A stretch of DNA of 64,000 nucleotides from Octopus sinensis (GCF_006345805.1 NC_042999.1:16182001-16246000), one strand, 5' to 3'; shown: positions 1-13,974, counted from the first letter of the stretch. The notes: generated by a model from the letters alone, not told the origin. Translations and numbers: made by a program.

Positions 1-162
1 ACCACAACAAAGGCAAATTATAAAAAGAAATTGTAGGAATTTCACAACATGCTACCTTTGATCTTTGATAGTCAACAAGAGCAAAGCATATTAAACCTGT
101 TGAACTCACATTTGTGGCCAACAATAAGCATTTCTCCCCTTAACTTCAGAAACTATTTCAAC

Positions 163-340
163 ATAGGTACAGGAGTGGCTGTGTGGTAAGTAGCTTGCTT
201 ACCAACCACATGGTTCTGGGTTCAGTCCTACTGCATGACACATTGGGCAAGTGTCTTCTACTATAGCCTCGGGCTGACCAAAGCTTTGTGAATGGATTTG
301 GTAGATGAAAACTGAAAGAAGCCCGTCATATATATATATA
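163..340 (+). mobile_element. tRNA-derived SINE family A, 5' half
   Basis: A-box tggctgtgtggtaag, B-box ggttcagtcc, CORE-like ttgggcaagtgtct, then internal (TA)n. Confidence 0.8.
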
Positions 341-579
341 TCATCATCATCGTTTAACGTCCGTTTTCCATGCTGGCATGGGGTGGACGGTTTGACCGGG
401 CTTTGGAAGCCAGGAGACTGCGCCAGGCTCCAGTCTGATCTGGTAGTGTTTCTATGGCTGGATGCCCTTCCTAATGCCAACCACTCCGTGAGTGTAGTGG
501 GTGCTTTTTACGTGCCACTGGCACAGGGGCCAGGGGAGGCTGGCAGCAGCAAAGTATTTCCCACAAGATTGTTGTGATC

Positions 580-612
<33 letters not shown>

Positions 613-988
613 AATGAATCTGCTAACTTGCTACTTTCATCATTTCAAATATTCCAAGACAGTTTCTCTACTTCTGCTTCTTATTTCAATAATTCATTTG
701 GATTGGTTCGGAAACATTCTGAAATAGAATCTGATCAGATTGAGCCCAATGTTAATCAATTGTGTGAAATATATCAATATATCAATTCATATAAAAGATG
801 AAATATTTCATTTAAAATCAATACTCGAACCATATATTTCTCCAAATCAAATTCCTTTACCAATTGAATTATTAAACAAATTTACTGAACTACATCTCGT
901 AGTACTATTCCATAATATAATTAAAGCGCTTTGGATATTTTTCTTGTTTAATGGTCACAGTTGGATAGACAGAAAGATCTATCTGTGT

Positions 989-1589
989 CAGGGCAGCAAG
1001 CTGGCAGAAACGTTAGCTCGCCGGGTGAAATGCTTAGCGGTATTTTGTCTGCCGCTACGTTCTGAGTTCAAATTCTGCCAAGGTCGACTTTGCCTTTCAT
1101 CCTTTCGGGGTCGATCAATTAAGTACCAGTTATGCACTGGGGTCGATGTAATCGACTTAATACCTATGTCTGTCCTTGTTTGTCCCCTCTGTGTTTAGCC
1201 CCTTGTGGGTAATAAAGAAATAGGTATTTTGTCTGCCGCTATGTTCTGAGTTCAAATTCTGCCAAGGTCGACTTTGCCTTTCATCCTTTCGGGGTCGATA
1301 AATTAAGTACCAGTTACACACTGGGGTCGATGTAATCGACTTAATACCTATGTCTGTCCTTGTTTGTCCCCTCTGTGTTTAGCCCCTTGTGGGTAATAAA
1401 GAAATAGGTATTTTGTCTGCCGCTATGTTCTGAGTTCAAATTCTGCCAAGGTCAACTTTGCCTTTCATCCTTTCGGGGTCGATCAATTAAGTACCAGTTA
1501 CATACTGGGGTCGATATAATCGACTTAATCTCTTTTTCTGTCCTTGTTTGTCCCCTCTATGTTTAACCCCTTTGGACAATAAAGAAATA
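989..1589 (+). mobile_element. SINE family B, one head with three tandem ~180-bp bodies
   Basis: Unit gtattttgtctgccgct...aataaagaaata three times; conserved gcctttcatcctttcggggtcgat domain; TSD agaaagatctatc(t/a)gtgt at 971-988 and 1590-1607. Confidence 0.85.
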
Positions 1590-2248
1590 AGAAAGATCTA
1601 TCAGTGTTTTACCCTGTAAGGTAGGATTCATGGCAGACGAACTGCAGACAGATACTTCTCTGTGGGCTTGCTAGGAAGTTGGTCAGCAGGAAAGAAGAGG
1701 ACTTCCAGGTGGAGAATGATAACAGAAGAATGTCAGCAGCATGTGTGAAATGAATTTGAGGGAACTATACAAAAATAACTGATGACTTAAGCCCTATTGT
1801 ACCTAAAGTAATAAACCTTTAGTAAATGCATACTTATCTCCACTGGTTTGTTTATGTATAACTTCACAAAGCTATAAGCCCATATTAAGAATATATGTAT
1901 GTGTGTGTATATGTTTGTGGGAGTGGTTGTGTGGTAAGTAGCTTACCACAGTAAGAAACTGAAAGAAGGCTGTCATATTTATGTATATATATATATATGT
2001 ATGTGTGTGTATATGTTTGTGTGTCTGTGTTTGACCCCCAGCATTGCTTGACAACTGATGCTGGTGTGTTCACGTCCCCGTAATTTAGCAGTTCAGCAAA
2101 AGAGACCAATAGAATAAGAACTAGACTTACAAAAGAATAAGTCCTGAGGTCGATTTGCTCGACTAAATGTGGTGCTCCAACATGGCCGCAGTCAAATTAC
2201 TGAAACAAATAAAAGAATAAAAGAATTCCTTAAAGGTAATACTTTCAG

Positions 2249-2300
<52 letters not shown>

Positions 2301-2864
2301 TGAGTTCATCACAGTTCAGCTAAAAAAAAAAAAAGACCGAAAACAGAATTAAAAGCATTGATTTAGAAACCTCAGCAATTTCTTGTATAACCACAAAATT
2401 GCAGGTTTATAGAAGAAAAGCAATGACACAGTTACACCTTTCTCAACTAAACATCAAAATAAAGTTATTGATGTCATTTGCCATCTTGTAATGCATTTTA
2501 CACGTGCAATTGCTCTTCCGAACGCATATGATTCAGATTTCACTGTCATGTAGCAATAGATTGATGCCACATACATCATGTTTTCTTCTATTTGAACAGC
2601 GTATATCACTTAACTGAAACAGAGAATCTCCTTTTCCATCATATTTTATATCCGTAACATGTTGCTTTTATGCTATTTTTATTGACTCCGCATTTACAAT
2701 AAAATAGATTCCAGTAAAATATGATGTGCCATAAAACATGAAGGGTTTTTTTTTAAGTACAATTCTTGGCTCCTTAGTTTATAGCAGAGAACGCATGAGA
2801 GAAAATCCCTAATCCTTGCATAGAAACCAATTTATCATGGGTAGCACTTTTACAGCAGGCAAAA

Positions 2865-3275
2865 TGGAGGCGCAAATGCCCAGTGGTTAGGGCAGAAGAC
2901 TCGCGGTTGGAGGATGGCGGTTTTGATTCCCAGACTGGACATTGTGTGTGTTTATTGAGTGAAAACACCTAAAGCTCCATGAGGCTCCGGCAGGGGGTGG
3001 TGGCGACCCCTGTTGTACTCTTTCGCTCCAACATTTTCTCACTCTTTCTTCCTGTTTCTTGTCCCCGACTTCCTACACAACTGCTGAGCCTGGATGCGCA
3101 TTCATCCATCTGTCGATGCTCTCGGTGTCACGGGTTGACCTGCTTTCTCTTCTGCGGGTCTTACGAATAGCAAAGGACCACGTTTCAGACTTCTCCCACT
3201 ACAGACAATCCTGAGGCCCGATCTCTTCGGGGCTCTGAGATGAAGACCGTTTCACTCAACCAACAAACAAACAAG
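2865..3275 (+). mobile_element. tRNA-head SINE family D
   Basis: A-box cccagtggttagggc, B-box ttgattccc; related heads at 7092-7390, 9870-10200, 53800-54180 and 51840-52150 (-). Confidence 0.7.
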
Positions 3276-4170
3276 CATCCATCAGCAGGCAACAAATTTG
3301 ATGGATGCAGAATTAACTCTAATGCTCACAAGCAGTGCAAAATTCTTTTTGTAGATTTGAACTCAAGACCTTTCAAAAATTAGAAGCAACTTAATTAACA
3401 TACCTTCACCAGCACTTCTTTAATTGGATTATCTTGGTTACTTTATTACACACACTGTTCTGACTAAGTTAGTTCTTTATTTGAAGAATCATTTGGTATC
3501 AATAGCACCAAAGTAGTCTTCCTGTGTAGGTGCTGGCATGGTTGTGTGGTTGGGAAGTCTGCTTTGCAACCTCACGGTTTTCAGTTCAGTCCTACTGCTT
3601 GGCACCTTGGCAGTTTAGTCCTAGGCTGACCAAACTTTTGTGAGTTGATTTAGTGGACAGAAACTGAAAGAATCCCTTCATCATCATCATGATTATCATC
3701 ATTTCTTTACATTTGTACTGTAAGCACAAGGCCCGAAATTTTGGGGGAGGGGGCCAGTCGATTAGATCAACCCCAGTACACAACTGGTACTTAATTTATT
3801 GACACCTCCCCCCCAAAAGGATGAAAGTCAAAGTCGACCTCGGTGGAATTTGAACTCAGAATGTAAAGACAGATGAAATATCTATCTGTTTACTACCCAC
3901 AAGGGGCTAAACATGGAGAGGACAAACATTGACAAACAAATGGATACAGTCGATTATATTGACCCCAGTGTGCAACTGTTACTTATTTATTCTACCCCGA
4001 AAGTATGTATTCTGAGCTGGCATGGGTTGGATGGTTTGACTGGAGCAGGCGATCCAGAAGAGTTGCACCAGGATTCAGTTTCTATTTTGGCACAGTTTCT
4101 AAGGCTGGATGCCCTTCTTAACACCAACCATTTTACAGAACACATCAGGTGCTTTTAATATGGCACAATA

Positions 4171-4218
<48 letters not shown>

Positions 4219-4550
4219 TGTATGTATGCATATATGTATGTACAATTGTGTGTGAATGTGAGTATGTGTGTTTCCTTGTGTTTCCTTGTCTTGACATTGT
4301 GTGGGTTAGTTGTAAATGAGTGTCACTGTTAGATAAGCAGTGTCATTTGTTTCCATTATTCTACCAAAACATGTCTGACCAAGTGAAAATATTATTTTGG
4401 TTGGAAGGTGGTAGGTGAGGGTTGGCAACAAGATGAACATCTGGCTGCAGGAAAAAAAAATCTTCCTCAATAAACTACGTCTGACCCGAGCTGATGCTTA
4501 AAGTGACGACGACGATGAGAAGTATTACGATGCCGATGTATATATATATA

Positions 4551-4633
<83 letters not shown>

Positions 4634-6304
4634 ATATTATATATATATATATATATATGTATGTATATATATATGTTTGTATGTATATATATATATACAC
4701 ATACACATTTATATTTTTTCCCAATTTGTCCAGCTACAACATTAACAAGAACGACATTCATAAAGAAGATAAAGGGTCAGCCTGAATGTCTTTAGTTGAT
4801 TTATTTCAGTATCTGATGGTATTTTGTCGAAATTCCACTTGAGACAGACTTTTTCCTGAGCTGATGCGGAATTAATCAGGAAACATAAATAAATTGATGT
4901 TGCTGCTTCAATCAGAAAATACAACCAATATATTTCTTTTATCAATTCAATAACGATGAACATTTAAGTAGTTCTTGACAGAATTCAAATTCAAAACCTC
5001 ACATTAGTTAAATGTTTTTTGTTTCTTTTCTTTTAGTTCTTGTTTTTTTTTTAATATTTTTTCTAAATGAGATGAAGAACAATAAAATACCATGACTCCT
5101 GCTTATGCAAGGAAGTATTTATTTGATTGACCCTGATTAATAATATTAAGATATAAGAATAAAACGAAAGCAAAAAAAAAAAATGAACCCTTAACGATAT
5201 TTGAACACTGAATGTTATTTAGATTAATATGCCGAAATTAAAGCATCGTATATTATTCAATACTTGTTATAGCTCTTGGTTTTGTCGACGCTGTTTAATA
5301 TACTGACTCATAGTAATGTTGATATTCTAAATTATCGCATAAATCAGCCAAGTGAAAACTGCAAATGTAATATAAAATGCTTGCATTCATTAAATTTGTA
5401 GTTGAGAAATATTACTGCGAACATACACAATTGCGAAATGTTTTGAAAGAGGAGAGAAGTGTGATGTACGGTAAATATTGTGATATAGTTCTGAATCGTT
5501 TGTAGCCAACGTTTTGATATTTAACATTTGCAGTTTTTCACCGGAACATACTTGTTATATTTATATCTGTATTTATTTTTACTTGCTTTGTTGGCCACAA
5601 CGTCTTCTTAGTATTTATTTTGATGGTGATAGCAATTACGTAGCATGGAACGGTTGAAACAACCAAGAAGAAATTTAGCAAAAACAGTAAGAAGAAGAGT
5701 AAGAGGAATAGCAACAGTTACAATGTTGTGACAGGGAAGGGAAGAACGGAATGTGAAAGTGAAAGTGAAACAAAGATAAATGCATAATATATACATAGAG
5801 TTTACTGTTCTGAGTCAGTTGTTGCTAACTAGTTCATGTTCAATACATTTAATTGAATGCCTTCAAAAGAAACAATAAAAACTTGGCTTTTCTGCTATGA
5901 TATTCTATATATTCAAGAAGAGGAAATCTACACTAGATGCTTAGTTGCTTTATGTATACAGAATTTCAAACTAGAAATATGTCAATAACAATGACCAGAT
6001 ACAACATTATTATTGCAGAATATTAAAGGAATATATTTTGGATATTTTTATTTTTGTTTTGCATGAGAAATTAAGTCGCCTAAAAGCAGGAATATTATTT
6101 ATCAAATTGCCCGTTATTCTTTTGAGTGTGTTTTATCGACACGAACAATGCCAGCAATAACAACAACGGCAATGATAATAAAAATAATAACGATTTCTTG
6201 TATTTGCCAAAGGGACGATGCATTAAGACAACATTACAAGGTGATGGAAGGGAATTGTGTTTAGTTTGAAAGCAATTGTGAAAGACAATAAATAAATAGA
6301 TAAA

Positions 6305-6418
6305 TCATCATCCTCATCATCATCGTCATCGTCATCGTCATCATCATCATCATCATCGTCATCGTCATCGTCATCGTTGTCATCATCATCATCATCCTCA
6401 TCATCATCATCATCATCC

Positions 6419-6462
<44 letters not shown>

Positions 6463-6525
6463 GTTATCATTGTCATCATTATCGTCACCACCAACACCAC
6501 TGTCGTCGTTGTCATTGTCATCATC
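6305..6525. repeat. (ATC)n microsatellite
   Basis: Direct reading. Confidence 0.9.
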
Positions 6526-7036
6526 ATTTAACATCTGTTTACCATGCTGGCATGGGTTGAATGGGTTGACGGGAGTTAGCAAGGGCAGGGGCCACATCAA
6601 GGTTCCATAGTCTGCTTTTGGCTTCGTTTCTACAATTGGTTGCCCTTCTTAATGCCAACCACCTTACAAAGTGTACTACCGAATGCCTTTTACATGGCAC
6701 CAACACCAGAGCTTTTTATGTGGCAAATAATTAATCAATCAAATGGCTTCAAGGAGGGACAGGCATCGAATCTTTACTTTGACTGCTCTGTATTATCTAT
6801 TATCTTTTATCTTTTACTCGTTTTGGTCATTGGACTGTGGCCATGCTGGAGTACCACCTGGAAGGGTTTTAGTCAAACAAATCAACCCCAGTATTTTTAT
6901 TTTTAAATTGGGTACTGATTTTTTGGGTCTCTTTGGCCATACCACTGATTTACTGGGATGTAAACAAACGAACACCAGCTATCAAGTGGTGTGAGGGACA
7001 AAATCACTCACACACATACATACATACATACATACA

Positions 7037-7072
<36 letters not shown>

Positions 7073-7393
7073 TATATATACATATATACAGTGGAGGCAT
7101 ATGACCTAGTGGTTAGAGCAGCAGACTCACAGTCGAGGGATCACAGGTTCGAATCTCAGACCGGGCGGTGTGTGTTTATGAGCAAAAGACCTAAGCTCCA
7201 CACGGCTCTGGGAGAAGGTAATGGCAAACTTCTGCTGACCCTTTCGCCACAACTTTTTTTCACTATTTCGTCCTGCATCTTGCAGCTCACCTGTGACGGA
7301 CTGGTGTCCTGTCCAGGTGAGGAACCTATACGCCAAGGGAACTGGGAAACCGGCCTTAATGAGCCAGGCATGGTTTGAGAAGGAACAAACATA

Positions 7394-7632
7394 TATAGGG
7401 TTGGCCCAAACTCACCTGACAGTAAATCAAAGCCATTTAATTCCAAGATTTATGTTTAACAACTGAATGAGACTTTGCTAATAAATAGACAAATAATGAA
7501 AAAAAGAAGCCAGTGATTTTTAACTCACAGCATTCAATTATTAAACATTCATAATTGGAATGAATAAATAAAATTGATTAAATATTTGTGGAATTTTGAT
7601 TTACTGTCAGATGACTCTTGGCCAAACTTGTA
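7394..7632. mobile_element. Tc1/mariner-type MITE
   Basis: ~38-bp imperfect TIRs: tatagggttggcccaaactcacctgacagtaaatcaaa vs reverse complement tacaagtttggccaagagtcatctgacagtaaatcaaa; TA ends. Confidence 0.78.
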
Positions 7633-7769
7633 TGTATATAAATATATTTTGTTGTATTTTGGGACAGTTATTTTTTTTTGCCAAATAAACACATGCACTA
7701 TTTATATATATATTTCTTCTTCACTTGTTTACTGTCCATATTTCATTGTCTTAACTTATGTCCATTGTC

Positions 7770-7810
7770 TGGAAATCTTTCGTCAGACATCTGTGACCTC
7801 TTCAGCACCA
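7770..7810 (-). ncRNA. Hammerhead core motif in a TA-embedded fragment
   Basis: Minus strand CTGAAGA-G-GTCA cagatgtc TGAC-GAAA; stems I and III poorly preserved. Confidence 0.45.
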
Positions 7811-7981
7811 CTTCATTTTTGTGTCTGTTCTTGTTCCAGTGTGTTTCTTTATTTGACCCCAAAAATTGCCATCCTGAAATACAAGAATATCAGTTTCAAC
7901 TCACGATTTCAATTCACAAATCTTGCGCCATGTTAGATCATTAGCCACTACACACATTTTTTCTCTTCTTGTTTTTTCTGT

Positions 7982-8023
7982 GTCCCTTTCTGTAGAAGAG
8001 CGTAGGCTCGAAACGTAAAAGAC
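7982..8023 (+). ncRNA. Minimal type I hammerhead-like motif (core variant) in a Penelope-like terminal fragment 7935-8111
   Basis: cttt-CTGTAGA-A-GAGC gtag GCTC-GAAAC-GTA-aaag: stem I, 4-bp stem II, palindromic ACGT stem III, GUA triplet; abuts (TA)n. Confidence 0.6.
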
Positions 8024-8108
8024 TTTTTCTATTCCTGAGCGTTATACTAATACATCTGTTTGTTTTGTACACCACCTGTCTTCGTCTTTTGTTTTTTTCA
8101 TAAACTCT

Positions 8109-8150
<42 letters not shown>

Positions 8151-8822
8151 TCATCATCATCGTTTAACATCTGTTTTCCATGCTAGCATGGGTTGGATTG
8201 TTCGACCAGGGGCTGGGAAGCCAGGAGGCTGCACCAGGCTCCACTTCTGATCTGGCAGTGTTTCTACAGAGATATCAGAGTTGACATGAGAGCAAAGCAA
8301 GCCTAAAACCTGCTCTGGTGGAGACAGTTAGCTTTTTTGAGATTGGTACCTGGATTTTGAATGTCTTTCACAATAATTAACAACCAAGTATCAAAGCTTA
8401 TGATGTATGAAAAGAGACCCCGTGAGACCTCTGACAGCAGGTTGCTGTCTGGTCTCACAGAATCAACCAAAGCAAACAAGTGTGAGAACTCTGAGAAGTA
8501 AAACAATAATATTCAAATATAATAAATGATTGTGTCCCTGTTGGTCATGTTGTATGCTGTAGGGGAAAGAAAGGTAAAACAATGGATGAAGTGGGAGTGA
8601 GTGGCAGTGAGTGGTAGTCAGAGGTAACTAACTGCAGGTGAACTGTAGTGAGCTCTGAATTCACCAGTATTTTAATGAAAATGAAATTAGATTTTTATTG
8701 TAAATTATATTTATCCATTTCACAGACATACTTGCTCACACACACACACATACACACACACACACACATATATACACGCACACAAACACACACATACACA
8801 AACACACACACATACACACACA

Positions 8823-8860
<38 letters not shown>

Positions 8861-8894
8861 TAGATACACACACAAATGCATATGTATGCCCATT

Positions 8895-9283
8895 TATAGA
8901 TGTTTTTCTCAGTTCTGCTGATTGTGGGTCTCCCAGAATGTTTGTCAATATCGACATTTTTTGGCCATCTTCGAAATGTCTGAACCACTCATATGCTTGT
9001 GTGCAGCTCATACACACCTCTCCATACACTTTCTGTGACTTTGCATAGCTTCTGAGCTGGCATCACCATGACAACTTTCCCTTTCATTGTTAATGCAACA
9101 ATCACATGTTACACACCTTCCTTCCAAGCACTGCTGTAAACAGCAGATATGAACTAGAATGTTAAAACTTAGTGCACATGCACATCAGAAGTTAAGGCCA
9201 ATTTTTGCCAAGGAGTTTCACTCTGTGTGCTTTAGCCTTGTTACTATGGCAACAGTATTGATACTTATTGACCAGATCTCGTA
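8895..9283 (-). mobile_element. Mariner-family transposon remnant (5' TIR and transposase N-terminus)
   Basis: KVYGEVCMSCTQAYEWFRHFEDG / NVDIDKHSGRPTISRTEKNI (HTH and GRP motif, frameshifted); TIR-like TACGAGATCTGGTCAATAAGT ending at 9283. Confidence 0.8.
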
Positions 9284-9513
9284 TTCTTGTACTTATAAGC
9301 ATAAGGCATAAATTTCATGGGAGGAGGCTTATTGATTATATCAGCCTCATTGCTTGACTGGTACTTACACTTACTTTATCGACCTCCAAAAGGGTGAGAG
9401 TCAAAGTCGATCTCAACAGAACTTGAACTCAGAACATAAAACCAGATGAAATACTGCTAAGCATTTTTTCTGGCACGATAACGATTCTGCCAGCTCAGTG
9501 TCCTTAACTTGAG

Positions 9514-9546
<33 letters not shown>

Positions 9547-10485
9547 CCCACGTGTGTGTGTGTGTATGTGTGTGCTTGTGTTCATCGTCCCCAGCACTGC
9601 TTTAGAAATGGTGCTGGTTTGTTTACATCCTCATAACTTATCAGGTAGGGGGATAAAAAACAAAAAGAATGGAGTATTTTGGTTTATTTGGCCAACTACA
9701 ACATTTCAAGGTTGTGTTCCATGCTCCAGCATAGCCACAGTCCAGTGACTGAAACAAATAAAGATAGAATCTAATTTTATTAGATGCAACTACAACTTTC
9801 ATCTCTCTGGAAATGGTAAAATAAAACCTACAAAGAGGGGTGATAAATATCATTCTATATATTAAACAGTGTGAAGGTGCATGGCTCAGTGGTTAGAGCG
9901 TTAAGCTTATGATTGTGAGGTTGTGAGTTTGAATCCCGGACCGGGCTGAGTGTTGTATTCTTGAGCAAGACACTTTAGTTCATGTTGCTCCAGTTCACTC
10001 AGCTGTAGAAATGAGTTGCGACATCACAGATGCCAAGCTGTATCGGCCCCTTTTGCCTTTCCTTTGGATAACACTGGTGGTGTGGAGAGGAGAGGCAGGT
10101 ATGCATGGGCGACTGCTGGTCTTCCATAAACAACCTTGCTCGGAGGGTAACTTTCTAGGTGCAATCCTATGGTCTGTGTCGTGACCGAAGGGGGTCTCAG
10201 AATTTATTAAACTGTTGGAACATTATTTCTACATTCATGAATCCTGTTTGTGCTGGGCAGTTGATCAAACTGTGGGAGTTTGGGAGCATTTTCCCTCTTA
10301 TTTTTATTTCTTACATCGAGGGAAAAGGGCAATGTCATTTGAAACTGTTTTTAGCTTTCTGTTAGGAGAGAAGGCAACAGCAGTGATTCCTTACAGAACC
10401 TTAGAGATTGGTGGAAAGGTGGGAGGATGGTATCTTTAAATCAGAGATCTTATCTGAATATTTGCAGCTGAGTGGACTTTGTTAA

Positions 10486-10938
10486 CACTAACGTAAAAGC
10501 GGTGTTATTTTATGGGGCTGAGACATGGCGAACAGCAGTTAAGTCAAATAAGCAAATACAATCATTCATCAACAGATGCTTGCGTAGTATACTTAAAATT
10601 AGATGGCCTGAATACATAAGCAATAGGGAGCTATGGCAAAGAACAAATGAAGTTTCGATTAGGGAGCAAATATTTAAGAAAAAGTGGAAGTGGATTGGTA
10701 GCACAATTAGTAAACAAACACCAAATGTAGCGAAAAGTGCTTTACAGTGGAAACCGGATGGATATAGAAAGAAAAGTTGGCCTAAGAACTCGTGGCAGAG
10801 ATCAACAGAAAGGGAGCTAGAGAAAGGGGGACATTCATGGCAGAGTATAAGTACAGAAGCAAAAAATTATGCGACATGGAATTCAACTGTAAGTGGCCTA
10901 TACTCTGCGTTGGAGGGTTAAAGGCATAAAGAAGAGGA
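10486..10938 (+). mobile_element. RTE-clade LINE, 5'-truncated 3' end
   Basis: ORF 10472-10921 has VLFYGAETW, FINRCLRSILKIRWPEYISNRELWQRT, WKWIG, ALQWKPDG; candidate TSD tttgttaa at 10478-10485 and 10939-10946. Confidence 0.88.
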
Positions 10939-11371
10939 TTTGTTAAGAACACTCATGAACCAGGTGGATGGGGTCTAAAATTGAGCAACATATTAAGTCT
11001 ACCACCCAGGTAGGCCATGGTGAGGCTTGAATTCAAAACACATAGAGCTAGAACAAATATCACTTGCCGTCTGACTAGAAGTTCTTCCAAATTCTGCTCA
11101 TGCACTGCCTTTGATTGGTACTTTCTTTTTTATTATCCCTCAAAGGATGGAAGGCAAAGCTGGCCTCAGCAGGATTTGAACTCAGAGAACAGGTTGTCAA
11201 AACAAATACTGCGAAACATTCTGTTAAATACACTTAAAACTGCTGATTCACCTCCAAAATTGGTGACCCCGGGAAAAGTTGAAAGAGTTTGTGACATCCA
11301 GAGGCCTGGAATGAGAAGTGATGTATCAATTTACTGAGTAATTCATATCCTGATATTGTGGGCTTCACACC

Positions 11372-11603
11372 TATTTCTTTACTACCCACAAGGGGCTAAA
11401 CACAGAGAGGACAAACAAGGACAGACAAATAGATTAAGTCAATTATATTGACCCCAGTGCATAACTGGTTCTTATTTAATCAACCCCGAAAGGATGAAAG
11501 GCAAAGTCGACCTCGGCGGAATTTGAACTCAGAACGTAATGACAGCCGAAACACCGCTGACCATTCCGACCGGCGTGCTAATGATTCTGCCAGCTTGCCG
11601 CCT
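11372..11603 (-). mobile_element. SINE family B monomer
   Basis: Reverse complement of the 989 element unit. Confidence 0.82.
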
Positions 11604-12387
11604 TCACACTTGTCCTCATACTGAAGACCAAGTCCAAATCCTTTTGATAAACTGGATTTTACTAAAAACATCCCAAAACCTGATGATTACTCAACCTGTT
11701 TCCATATATTTAGTTTCTCTCGTAAGACTTGCATCATTCAGAGACTAGGATAGAAGACAACTTGCCTAAGGGACTATGCAGCAGTTTTGAACTCACAACG
11801 GCATCATGGTGAGGCCTACATTTTAACCGAATACCAATGTCTGCATCCATCTCCTCTGTAAACTATTATAGAATTCTTCGATTAGACAGTGTCCCCCTCT
11901 AATATATCTCATGATAAATATTCTTGATTAGATTGTCTAAGCCATTAAGAATAAATTGTCTTTTTCCAGAGACACTACACAGCCACAATGATGGAATAGG
12001 ACCTGTTGACTTTTCAGCTGTTAGGCTGTATCATATCAATTTAACCAGCTGCTTCTCTTACCAATAATATTGATTCAATAAATAATATCCTCTATCCTAC
12101 ATAAATTCACTTTGTACTTACTTGAAAGGAATAACATTATCAATAATTGCTGTTGTTGTTGTTGTTGTTGTTGTAGTTGTTCTTGTTGTTTTTCTTGATA
12201 TACTCAGTCATTAGAGCGATGGATGACAGAATAGTTACAGAATTTTGGGTGGTAAATGGTATGGCCATCTTGCTCCCGCATTCCACATTGCCTGGTCTAA
12301 CATCATTATCCTGTTGTAAAAAATATCGACACCTCTACAAACCAGGGTAATTGAAACCAGGCCTCCAGGCTGCGGGTATGTCAATAT

Positions 12388-12811
12388 CTATTTCTTTACT
12401 ACCCACAAGGGCCTAAACACAGAGGGGACAAACAAGGACAGACACACAGATTAAGTCGATTACATCGACCCCAGTGTGTAACTGGTACTTAATTTATCGA
12501 CCCCGAAAGGATGAAAGGCAAAGTCGACCTCGGTGGAATTTGAACTCAGAATGTAATGGCAGACGAAATACCTATTTCTTTACTTCCCACAAGGGGCTAA
12601 ACATAGAGGGGACAAATAAGACAGACACATGGATTAAGTTGATTACATCGACCTCAGTGCGTAACTGGTACTTATTTAATCGACCCCCGAAAGGATGAAA
12701 AGCAAATTCGACCTCGGCGGAATTTTAACTCAGAACATAGTGACAGACGAAATACTACTGAGCATTTCGCCCAGTGAGCTAACATTTCTGCCAGCTTGCT
12801 GCCTTCTACTC

Positions 12812-12863
<52 letters not shown>

Positions 12864-13127
12864 AAGTGTACGTATGCCGCTATATATATATATATATTTC
12901 TTTACTACCCACAAGGGGCTAAACATAGAGGGGACAAACAAGGACAGACAAAAGGATTAAGTCGATTACATTGACCCCAGTGCGTAAGTGGTACTTAATT
13001 TATTGACCCCAAAAGGATGAAAGGCAAAGTCGACCTTGGTGGAATTTGAACTCAGAACGTAACGGCAGACGAAATACCGCTAAGCATTTCGCCCAGCATG
13101 CTAACGATTCTGCCAGCTCACCGCCTT
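12388..13127 (-). mobile_element. SINE family B dimer (12388-12805) and monomer (12896-13127)
   Basis: Same head and body; same internal junction as the trimer. Confidence 0.82.
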
Positions 13128-13974
13128 ATCATTGATGCATTGGTTCCTTCTACTGTAAGAACCAATAAGTCGCATGTTCTTCCTCTCTTTCTTCCTTGAC
13201 CATTCTCTGAAGCCTTCCTGAATCTCATTGGTGTTTCCCTTACTCCTTTGATTAAGTAATAAAATACACTATATATAAAAATCAAAAAGAAAAAAATAAA
13301 GAATAAAAAGGCAAAAAAACTAAAAAGGAAAGAAAAATGGAAAAAAATGGCTTATGATATTTCGTTGTACCCCTTTACGTTCTGAATTAAAATTCCACCG
13401 AGACTAACTTTGTTTTTCATCCTTCAGGAAGAGTCAATAAAATAAGTACCATTCTAATAACGAGATCAATATAATGAACTGCTTCTTCTCTTTAATATTT
13501 CTAGCCTTGTACATATGTTAGAAATCAATATTATCCACACATTGATTGTAAGGTCTTCTTTTCCACTAGAAAGTATTTTCTTTAAAGTAATTTTACTTTC
13601 AATCAAATCAGAGATATGAGAAGTAACTTTATGTTTAATTTACAGAATAGTTTTCATGTGAAAGATTTCATGGTATAAAAATCTTAAATATGTCTGTTAA
13701 GCAAGATATTTCAGACATCTGATTGTTAGCTATACTTCTATATCCTTTTGCCAATCTACAATTTCTGCTTTGTTGAGTGAGTAAGCTTCAGGCATCACAC
13801 AACTTTCTCTCTTTCTTGTTTTTTTTTTTTTTCCACTAAGTATAGCAATATACAGATGCAGTTTGAGTTGTTGTCGATTGGCTCCCAGGTCAGAGCTGTC
13901 AGACCACACTTATGACCAAAGATGTTCAAGCTCTGAACATACAATCTTCATTTTCAAGCCTAGGAGTATCTAGG

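Noticed and set aside
163-240. tRNA-like A/B boxes here and in many other copies
   Set aside because: SINE heads, with no complete cloverleaf
740-1198. 152-aa ORF
   Set aside because: AT-rich unique sequence fused to a SINE B translation; non-ATG start, no domain
11830-12350. Faint RT-like trace on the minus strand (GDTLS)
   Set aside because: Too degraded to classify or delimit
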